Part shown: in pieces, positions 10,401 to 21,350 of the stretch
Layout: each line of letters opens with the position of its first letter
Numbering within the stretch: position 1 is the first letter of the stretch
NCBI RefSeq assembly: GCF_036321535.1
Contig: NC_087437.1
Coordinates: 49,478,001-49,542,000 of the forward strand
DNA from: Camelus dromedarius
Lineage: Eukaryota
DNA: 64,000 nucleotides
Direction: 5' to 3'
Program-made: the position numbers and the translations under genes
Notes under the pieces: generated by a model
What the model saw: the letters and a program-made list of their open reading frames with translations, nothing else
Databases searched by the model: none
Told to the model about the DNA's origin: nothing

Positions 10401-12840
10401 TTTGAGAGCAGAAGAGCTTTTAGGAGAGGGCTCCAGATGTCAATGGGAGGCCTTGAGGATGCCAGCCCGCCCAGGATGGGTGTACACTTTCATTCAGAGC
10501 ACTTTCCAGGGCTAGAAGAAGCTGCAAATCTTGGAGAAAAAGTGGGTAATAGTTTTGTTTAGAGCTGATGGTGATTGTAGGGTGATTTTTTTTTTAATGG
10601 TTTGTTTTCAGCTTCTTTTCTTATGAACAGGTGAAAGTCTTTTCCCCTTTTCCTTTGATAGTACTCCTGTCCCTCACGCACACGTTAAGAACATCTTTCT
10701 TTCCCTGATTTGCTTTTGGGAATGCCAGAAACCTCTGCCTTCTGAAATAGTTGAGTTATCACTTTTTGTGAGTTTGAATTATGTCTGATTGTACTTCCAG
10801 AAAGGGGACTTGCAGGTAACACAGGAGCAGTATGCACCATGAGATCTCCAGAGGGAAAATAGAATCCCATTGCTAAGAGATCAGGCTAAGGGAAAGACGA
10901 TCCCTCTGCTTGGTAGATTGCCGGTGCCAACAGTCACTGGGCTGTCACTTACATGTCATTTAATATGGTCTAGAGAAACCTTAAGGAAGGCTTAGGTTTG
11001 TTTTTCACACAAAATTTGTGGTCACAACTAAATGAAATAATCATGGTTGGAGAATTTGAAATAACCGCCTTTTTCCTAAAATGAGGGTAACAATCTCAAT
11101 CACTGGAAAATTAGGATCCTACGGAAGCCTTGTTCCTCTGGTATGATTAATTGCACAAGACAGTGTGGTCAATCAGGGAAGTATGTATGTAGACTCCTAA
11201 GCAACGATTTTGAGGTGTGGAAAGGCATATGGGTTTTTTGGGCCACTTGCAGTTCCTGGTAATCTGTTTGCCAGGGTTTGTATATTTGTTTTTCATTCCC
11301 TTCTCCTAAATTTTAATATCAAAATCATTTTTTTTCAATGCAGATGAAAACCACTGGTGGCAGCTCTTCAAAATTTGTTTGTCTTTTTTAAAAGGGATTT
11401 TCTATTTAAGTAATTAGATTATTTAATGGGCACACTGAATTTTTCCCTGGACAACAGCTGCAGTGCAGAGACAGAATCTTGTGTTAAGATTGCTTGATAA
11501 TTCAGAAATGGAAATGAAATTGTGAAGTGTAAAGTCCCTTTTCCAGAAAATATTTGAGCTGGAATATATGAAGGATGTACATATATAATATTATAAGCAA
11601 TATGTTGATTATTATATATAACCCTGAAGACATACACAAATGATTATATATTACTTTTGTTGTTATAATTTGCAAGAGGAAATATATTTAGTTTTCTAAC
11701 TATTGAGTTCTTTTAAAAATGTATTTATTTCATCAGTGGAAATTAGATGAAAGAGAATGAGTATAAAAAAGGAGCTGAATGCAGAGCAGCTCTGCATTCC
11801 TTAGGTTTCAAGGGTCCTTACAGCTCTTGAGTGAAATTATTTGGTGAAATTGGGTCTGGACTGAAATAGCATTTGCTATCCCCTTGTTCATTTGTTATGT
11901 GTAATACCACTTCTGGAAATTAAAGGCAAGGTGCTGAAAGGACAGACAAGAAGAAAAAAATATGATTAAGCAATTTTAAATTGTCTGTCTAATTTGACTT
12001 GCATCCATATGCATATCTATGCCTTAGTAAATAAAACGGGATAAAGGTACATGCTTGTTCTCAGTTTCTGCTAGAAACATTTATTATTGCTATTCCTGTC
12101 AATAATCCTTCACACTTCCAAAATCTGACAAGTTTGGCAATATGAAGAAAATGGAGGAAATGTAGATGAAAGAGTATCTACCATTTTGAAAACTGCCTAA
12201 TAAAAATTGAAGTATCCCCTCTAGGATTTCCTGTGCGGAATCCTTCACAGGCTGAAGCAAATGAAGTTTGCTACCAGTACAATTCTATTCTAAATTTTGC
12301 TCTTACGTTGAATATTCTAACTTTTTCCAGCTTAAGTTTTATTGATTATTTTTGGGAAATATATGATGCTTTTCTAAGGAAAAGAAACCCTCTAATACCT
12401 TTCTTTACCTCCATTTGTCTGTGTTTGTTTCATAAATCTTGGGGAATTAAGTGTTGATCATTCTGGAAGTTTTGTGGCAGGATCCAGTTTGGTGTGACTG
12501 AGGGTTTTTTGCGATTTAGAGGGGAGAAGGACACATTTTAAAAATTGGTTATGCCAGTTTCCCTACTCTAATTCTCAGCTTTCTTTTTTCTTGTGTTAGG
12601 GGATAAACATCAATGAAATCTTATCTCACCAGATTGCACCAGCATTGTCCTAAACATCGAAATCTTCCTTTACTTTTGGTTTTTAAAATCTGGAATTCTT
12701 CTTGGGTTGTCGTACTTCTCTTTCTAGTTTTATTTGCCTCTTTCCACACTGCTGGTGTGATCTCTTTCACTGCAGCATGATCACTGCTATTGTCACTTTC
12801 ACTGGAGCTGGCTGGAAGGTTAGGATCCGAAGGAAACATG

Positions 12841-12842
<2 letters not shown>

Positions 12843-12873
<31 letters not shown>

Positions 12874-12893
12874 AAGAAAGAAAAGAAAAAAAA
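12843..12893. repeat. Poly(A) tract (A29) with GAAA tail
   Basis: Uninterrupted A run at 12843-12871 followed by GAAAGAAAGAAAAGAAAAAAAA. Confidence 0.95.
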
Positions 12894-12999
12894 CCTTCAT
12901 TTGGTCAAATCTGGCTCCTAATATATTTAACCAGTTCCAGAATTAGAAAGCCTTTCTGTACAGTTTCTTCTATTTTTCTCTCTTTTTCTCCTTATGTAA

Positions 13000-13450
13000 T
13001 GAAATTAAAACTTTTGGAGCCCACAGTTGACATTTTTCAGAAAATTGAGTTATCAAGGCAGTAATTATTTCACGGGGAGATAAAACTCTCATAGCCCTAA
13101 CTGTCAAATAGGGCCCTTTTCAGATTTTAATTACAAAATAAAATTAGTCTGCTCTTCCTCGGAATGGTTTGTGAGTGGTTAAACAGAGCTTTCCCCCCAA
13201 TACTGGTGGTCGTCAAACTCTGCTAATTAGCAATGCTGAGAAATTCCAGTTAACAAGGACATTCTCCAAGACTGCAGGTTCCCTGCCGTTTGCCTTCATT
13301 TCCATAAGAAGATTAAGAGAGGAGGGGAACACACTCAAATGCAGATGCAGAAAAGAAGCGTTTTTTAACAAGCATCATAATAGTAAGATGCTTGGCTAGT
13401 TCTCACCTAATTACTGCAAGTTAAACCTCTATTTGCCACTAAGAAGAAAA
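13000..13450. promoter_or_regulatory. SOX2 enhancer N2 / SRR1 (epiblast, anterior neural plate, ES cells)
   Basis: Lies ~4 kb upstream of the TSS. It has the palindrome TGCTAATTAGCA (13221-13232), a ZIC-like CCCTGCCG (13281-13288), a POU site ATTTCCAT (13298-13305) and an OTX-type AGATTA (13310-13315), matching the ZIC/POU/OTX make-up known for the N2 core. Confidence 0.8.
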
Positions 13451-14884
13451 AATAAGTCTACAGTCCCCTATCTCCACAAAATTATTAGTTGGCTTCAGAT
13501 ATAATACTTGAGGAAGGATAAGGGGAGTTTAGGAGAGAAATATCAATGCCAAATTTTTTTTTAATAAAATTTAGTTACACTTAATCAGTTAAGGACTTGG
13601 GGTTAGGACCTATAATAAAACAAAATCAAATCAGAATATCCTGGGAGTTAAGCATTTTTGTTCTTAATTTCTAATCTTACTCTGAAAGTATACAGCTTTT
13701 TCTGCCCAATGAAGGGAAATGTTAACTCTCTTTGGATTAAGCACTTTCAATTTTCATAAATTGTGCCAATGGCAACATTTTAAATTCTCCGAGGATGAAG
13801 CACCCTCTTCCAAGTCTTATTTTGATTCCCCAGTAGTCAATGGTGTATTGTTATTAGTACTGTAGCCGTCTGTTATAAACCTAAAACAGTGCTGCTTCTG
13901 TCATCTATTATGATTGTTATAGTTATTATTATATTTAGGGCCCAGTGATGGTGCTGGATTGAAATAGAGTGGCCGGTGATCTGATTTTTTTAATGCATAT
14001 GTTCTAAAAAATCTAATGAGAAAATTGTTTCTGCTATCACCATCTTCTTTAATCTTATTTTCATAGCACATTATTATGCATAAATGCCAGCCACAGTTAG
14101 TTTATTGCCTTGATAAGTACAGCAGGCTTAATTAAAATAAAGCTGTAAATAAATGCAACCAATGATAACACAATTGTAATGTATTTCCATAGCTTATTTA
14201 TATGATAAAAGCAATTAACAAAAGACCTAGCCAGCCCCTTTAACCTCTTAAATGCATTATTATAGAGTTCAGGCACAAACACATGCATCTGAGAATGTGA
14301 AAAAGCTTTTATATATCATACCAAGAAAAAATGTGTGCCTCTTACTACCACCCTTGAGAGAGAGATTTGCTTCTAGAACATTTGCTTCTATAACTATCCG
14401 TTATTAATATTTATTTTAATACATATACACCACTATTATCCACACCAACCCCTTGGGGTTTTTTTTTTTTTTCTTCTTCTTCCATCTTAATTATCTATAA
14501 GCTTTTATTTAGTTTTCCAAATAATGCTATTAAGTGCAGACCAATGCATTCACAATCATAAAGTGAATGCTTGATCTGCCCTCCAAGGCGTCTGGACAAT
14601 CATAATTCATTCATATGTTGAATCTCATAATTTGTACCTATTTTTTCCCATGGTTTAACCTCCCGCTTATCTCGAGGTTGTAAGTACCTTTCTAAGTTAA
14701 GCAAATTAAATCTGATTCTTATGATTTGCTTCCATAGCTTATATGATATGTTAACTTTTCTTTTGTTTAGATTATGTGTAATTAGTTTGATCTTCCTCCC
14801 ATCCCCCTCATTTTTTTTCCCTTCAATTATTTCCAAACACCTTCTTTTAAAGGTAAAAGCAATAGTCTTGGGAAAGCGAACTCA

Positions 14885-14898
14885 CCAGTAGGGGGCGC
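14885..14898 (+). promoter_or_regulatory. CTCF motif, forward, ~2.2 kb upstream of the SOX2 TSS
   Basis: CCAGTAGGGGGCGC is an exact match to CCASYAGRKGGCRS. Confidence 0.8.
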
Positions 14899-16939
14899 AC
14901 CAGCCACATCCCTGAAACCAGACGCGCTGAAAAGCCGGTGGCCGCTTTCCCTTCTCCAGATCCTCTCAACCTTTTCTCTTTCCTACTCTTCAGGTCCATG
15001 TTTAGCTTAATATTACACCTCGAATAAACAGAAGACACTACTTTATTTTGAAGACTGCCATATACTTATGCGTTTCCAGAAGGCTAGTCTCATCCTTCCC
15101 GGGTTCCCAGTAACTAAAACGAATCATAACTTAGGAGAAAAAGAGAGAAACTGCTAGAGGAGGGAGGGAGGTAGAAGAGGTTGACTGGAAATAATGATTT
15201 ATTAAGAAAAGTCTGCTAGATTCTTTTTCACAACTTTTCCGGGTTTCCAGTGGATATGCTTATCTTAACTTTGACAAAAACAGAAAAGCCTGGGAATGCA
15301 GGGATTGGAGAAGTTGGAGGGGAAGGGGGGGGGACGGTTATGGGAAGGTTAGTAAGGAACAAAACAATGCACAGTTTTGTAAAGATAATAAATGGAACAT
15401 GGCCGACAGATACTATTCAGTACATTTTCTTAGGGTGAGTAAGGATAGATCAGGGGAGGAGGGGGGCGGAGAGAGTGTTACAGAAGAAAGAAAATAAGTA
15501 ACTCTGATGGTTTAAGCCCTTTATAAAAAAAAGAAATGGCATCAGGTTTTTTTTTTCTCCCCCCCCCCCCCCCCCCGCTTTGTAGTCAAGTGCATTTTAG
15601 CCACAAAGATCCCAACAAGAGAGTGGAAGGAAACTTAGACGGGGCTTTGTTTGACTCCGTGTAGCGACAACAAGAGAAACAAAACTACCTATTTGTAACG
15701 GACGTGCTGCCATTGCTCTGCGCATTGAGCGCCTACCTATTGAAATCTTTACGTCGGGACAATGGGAGAGCGGCTAAAATTACTCTCCTGGGTCCTGGGA
15801 GGGCAGGATTCCTGAGCCCCTACCCCCGCCCCCATCCCATCCTCCTCTAGCCCCAGCCTTGCTGGGCTACCCCTTTCCCCAGTCCTGCTCGCCTTCTTCC
15901 TGCCTGCGCGGCCTGCACCTGTGCCTGGAGAGCAAGCACCACTCCCGCCTCCCAGGCCTGGAGGCCCCTCCGAGCGCAGCCCCAGGCCTAGGCGGCCGGG
16001 GCGATGCAGCCACCGCTGTAGAAGTCACTGGGGGAAATGCCAGGGCTGGTCGTGCTTGAGTCCTGGGAACTCTGCGTGGGAGGGAGTTTGTGAGTGCAGC
16101 TCAAAAGCCACCTCCAAGCCGTGCCCTGGGATGCCAGGAAGTTGAGATTACCCTCCCCCATAGCCTGTACTTCTGAGCGTCCTTCTGTTGATCTTTCTTC
16201 CCCCTGCGCTCTCTGGAAAGCGGCACCACTGGGATCCCTCCGTGGGGGAGGCTAAGGAGGAGAATGGGGAGAGAGGACGCGCATCCCCTTGGCACCGCCC
16301 GAGTGGAGAAAGACGGGTGGGAGATGTGGCGGGGGTGAGGGCCAAGCTGTGGTTTCCTGCCCGGAGGGCTGAGTAGGGTAGGGAAGAGCGTGGACTCGGC
16401 AGTTTACCCAGGCCCGGCCTAGCCTCAGCTCTAGAGGCGGCCGCACTTTCCGAGCAGGATTTACTTTTTAAATAGAGCAAATTATGTGGAAGCAAGGAGG
16501 GTTCTGAGGACACAGCTTTCAGCCTCCTAACTTCTTGTCGGGACAGTGTGAGAAGAGGGTGAGCGAGCATCGGCAGTCGTGGAGGGAATAGGGGCAAGCG
16601 AAGAGCCAGGTTGGGGAGAAGCCCTAGAGCGGCTGGCGCTGGGGGAAGTGAGCGGGGCAGCGGGAGAACAATGACACACCAACTCCAGCACGGCCGGTTC
16701 CCTGAAGTACCAGTAGGACAGTCGCCCCGAACCACCCTTTCTGCCCTGCCCCACCCCCACACCTCAGCTTCTCGCGCCCCTTCCTCATTTCAGCGGCGCG
16801 CACCAAAAAGTAAATCAAGATTAAGTTTAAAGAAGAAAAAAGTCGTAGACTTAGTGCTGTTTACCCACTTCCTTCGAAAAGGCGTGTGGTGTGACCTGTT
16901 GCTGCGAGAGGGGATACAAAGGTTTCTCAGTGGCTGGCA

Positions 16940-17124
16940 GGCTGGCTGTGGGAGCCGCCTCCCCCTCCCTCTTCCCCCCCGCCTCCCCCGCGCGGCCCGC
17001 GGCGCGGCAGGCCCCGCCCCCTTTCATGCAAAACCGGGCGGCGAGGCTGGGCTCGAGTGGAGGAGCCGCCGCGCGCTGATTGGTCGCTGGAAACCCATTT
17101 ATTCCCTGACAGCCCCCGTCACAT

Positions 17125-17130
<6 letters not shown>
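16940..17130 (+). promoter_or_regulatory. SOX2: SOX2 proximal promoter: GC box, octamer-like site, inverted CCAAT box, TSS ~17125
   Basis: CCCCGCCCC at 17012-17020, ATGCAAAA at 17026-17033, CTGATTGG at 17076-17083. GGATGGTTGTCTATTAACTTGTTC from 17125 matches the 5' end of mammalian SOX2 mRNA as I recall it. Confidence 0.85.
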
Positions 17131-18527
<1,397 letters not shown>

Positions 18528-19625
18528 GGGCCGGACAGTGAACTGGAGGGGGAGAGGGAAGAAATTTTCAAAGAAAAAGAGGGAATGGGAGGAAAGTAAG
18601 TAACAGCCTGGAGAAAAACCCGGTACGCTCAAAAAACAAAAAGTCATTACCCACAGCAAATGACAGCTGCAAAAGAGAACACTAATCCCATCCGCGCTCA
18701 CGCAAAAACCGCGATGCCGGCAAGAAAACTTTTATGAGAGATCCTGGACTTCTTTTTGGGGGACTATTTTTGTACAGAGAAAACCGGGGGTGGGTGGGGT
18801 GGGGAGGGTGAGGGAATGGACCTTGTATAGATCTGGAGGAAAGAAAACTACGCAAAACTTTTTAAAAGTTCTAGTGATACGGTAGGAGCTTTGCAGAAAG
18901 TTTGCAAAAGTCTTTACCAATAATATTTAGAGCTAGTCTCCAAGCGACGAAAAAATGTTTTAATATTTGCAAGCAACTTTTGTACAGTATTTATCGAGAT
19001 AAACATGGCAATCAAAATGTCCATTGTTTATAAGCTGAGAATTTGCCAATATTTTTCAAGGAGAGGCTTCTTGCTGAATTTTGATTCTGCAGCTGAAATT
19101 TAGGACAGTTGCAAACGTGGAAGGAAAAGAAAATTCAGATTTGGACACTTTAATTGTTTAAAAATTGTACAAAAGGAAAATTAGAATAAGTATTGGCAAA
19201 ACCATCTCCGTGGTCTTCTTTACAGGGGCAAAAGTTTTAGAGTGTACTAAATTTTTTTTTTTAAACTTACTGTTACAAACAAAAATGGCCATGCAGGTTG
19301 ACATCGTTGGTAATTTATAATAGCTTTTGTTTTCCAACTTTCCATTTTGTTCAGATAAAAACATGAAATTACTGTGTTTGAAATATTTTCTTATGGTTTG
19401 TAATATTTCTGTAAATTTATTGTGATATTTTAAGGTTTTTCCCCCTTTTATTTTCCGTAGTTGTATTTTAAATATTCGGCTCTGTATTATTCAATCAGTC
19501 TGCCGAGAATCCATGTATATATTTGAACTAATACCATCCTTATAACAGGTACATTTTCAACTTAAGTTTTTACTCCATTATGCACAGTTTGAGATAAATA
19601 AATTTTTGAAATATGGACACTGAAA
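18528..19625 (+). other. SOX2: SOX2 3' UTR (~1.1 kb, AU-rich)
   Basis: Follows the stop codon and ends after AATAAA with ...TTTTTGAAATATGGACACTGAAA, as in mammalian SOX2 mRNA. It carries several miRNA seed matches. Confidence 0.85.
19597..19602 (+). terminator. SOX2: SOX2 polyadenylation signal AATAAA
   Basis: AATAAA lies ~20 nt before the expected cleavage region (~19620-19625) and is followed by a T-rich downstream element (GTCTTTCATTTATTT). Confidence 0.85.
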
Positions 19626-20362
19626 TTATGCTTGAGTCTTTCATTTATTTGGATAACACTGTGATTATAACCAGCTCCTTGGGGAATATACTGTGCTCAG
19701 CCAAGAAAGCGAAGTATCTAAAACCTTGGTATTCTAGTCCAGTAACATGTGTTAATGTTAACTGCAACAAATAAATGGCTGGATGATTAATTGAATAAGT
19801 ACTCTTAAAAAATAGAAATGCTCCTGTCATTTCCAAAATAGAAACTAGGGACATATATTGTAAATCCACCCCCTCCTTTTCTAAGCAGCATGAATAAGCA
19901 CGATGGGGACTTACACTGATTTGTGCCACTTGTTGCCAGAAAAGAGTCAATTCTGAAAATTTTCATGTAGCTTAGCAGATGGGGTATTGAGCCAAGTCAG
20001 AACCAGGTTGGCTGGTTTTGTTTTCGTTTTCTTCGCAGCACAATGGCCCTTTGGAAATGTGGTTATAGGGGAAAATGATGCTTCTTGTATCGGAATAATT
20101 GCAAACTAGACAAGCAAAGTGCTCATCTGCTGGGTGGGTGTTTGGATTACTCTGGCCCTGCTATTGTCTGAGAAGAAACAAGTGGTTTGCTTTCTTTGTT
20201 CCTTGACTTCATAAACTTTCTCCTCCACATTTTTCCAGTTTAGGGGTGAGGGAAACCAAAGAGCGTCTTGCAAAACTCCCTGACTTATGGCTATTTATTA
20301 TTATTATTTATTTTCTTTTTTCCTCTCTCTCCCTCCACGAATTCCATTTCTTAAATTGGCAG

Positions 20363-20470
20363 CGCGGGTCCAAGCCTGTAGCCCCAAATCGGATAATCTG
20401 TGCAGCTGATAACAAGCAAAAGAGAAGCCAGGCAACAGCCATATTAAAGAAGAAAACAATCAACTCTGAG
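20363..20470 (+). ncRNA. SOX2-OT: SOX2-OT lncRNA exon (108 nt) just downstream of SOX2
   Basis: Pyrimidine tract, then TTGGCAG|CGCGGGTCCAAGCCTGTAGCCCC...CAATCAACTCTGAG|GTAGAT. Recognised as the SOX2-OT exon that follows the intron containing SOX2. Confidence 0.8.
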
Positions 20471-21219
20471 GTAGATATTTTACTTTGTCCGGTCTAATCA
20501 CATTTGGAGATGATTGTGCTTTTGATCTGTTAACCATGTTTTACTACAGTAGTAGAGAAGTAGGGGGAGGGGTAAAGGGGTGGGAAAACAAGATTGGATT
20601 TGTTGGTTTTTTTTGCCCTAGGAAAGGTAAAGAAAGACTGTAGTTGTCCTCACTGGGAGCGGAAAAGTTGGGGAATCGCCGTAATCTTTGAATTAGTGAT
20701 GTTTCTGAATCACAACCGACCTGCGCGCTTGGCGCAGCCACAGAATCTGTAAGACCCACTCCGGGACTTTTCTTTTATTCACTACTTACCTCGCTCTTCT
20801 TCCCCCACCGAAGGGGACCAGGAACCTAGGTCCCTCATTCTTAAGAGCGGGGGTTTCCCTCCCACAATTTCAAGGGCTTGTTGTGTCAACTTGCTACAAC
20901 TTTGGAGAAGTTGGAATCCGGCTGCGCCTTCCACCCTTGCTTGAGTGAAGTACTGGCTGCAGCCACTATGTTAGCTCATCCCGTTGGTTTGCATCTTCTC
21001 TTTTTCCGAGAAAGTATTTCTTTCTCGTGTTGTTGCTAATGTTAATTCTGGGCTCAGCTGGGGATAGCCTCATATTTTCTGTATTTTTATTTCATGTGGT
21101 TTGCTTTAAGTGTTTGTTGGTTTTTATTTCTTCTTCTTCTTTTTTTTTTTTAAATCCTCACTTTTAGAGTAATATTGTACTGGGAAAGGACAATTATTAT
21201 GCCAGTTCCCAATTCTAAG

Positions 21220-21350
21220 TGAGGCATTTCCCCCCCTAATTAATGCAGAGACTCTAAAAGAATTTCCCCCGGCCTGGCCAGCCATTGTAATGCATATACG
21301 GATTATTCACGTGGTAATGAGCACATTCGCCAGTTCTTGCTCACACATAC
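21220..21350. promoter_or_regulatory. SOX2 enhancer SRR2 with Sox-Oct composite element
   Basis: CATTGT-A-ATGCATAT at 21283-21297, E-box CACGTG at 21308-21313, ~4.2 kb downstream of the TSS. Confidence 0.92.

Noticed and set aside
11349..11365. CCACTGGTGGCAGC as a CTCF site
   Set aside because: Only the 3' half fits the consensus and the 5' spacing is off by one. Similar partial matches near 28817, 30142 and 32166 were also left uncalled.
16430..16445. TCTAGAGGCGGCCGC resembling an XbaI-NotI polylinker
   Set aside because: It differs from the vector junction (TCTAGAGCGGCCGC) and has no flanking vector sequence. NotI sites are normal in CpG islands.
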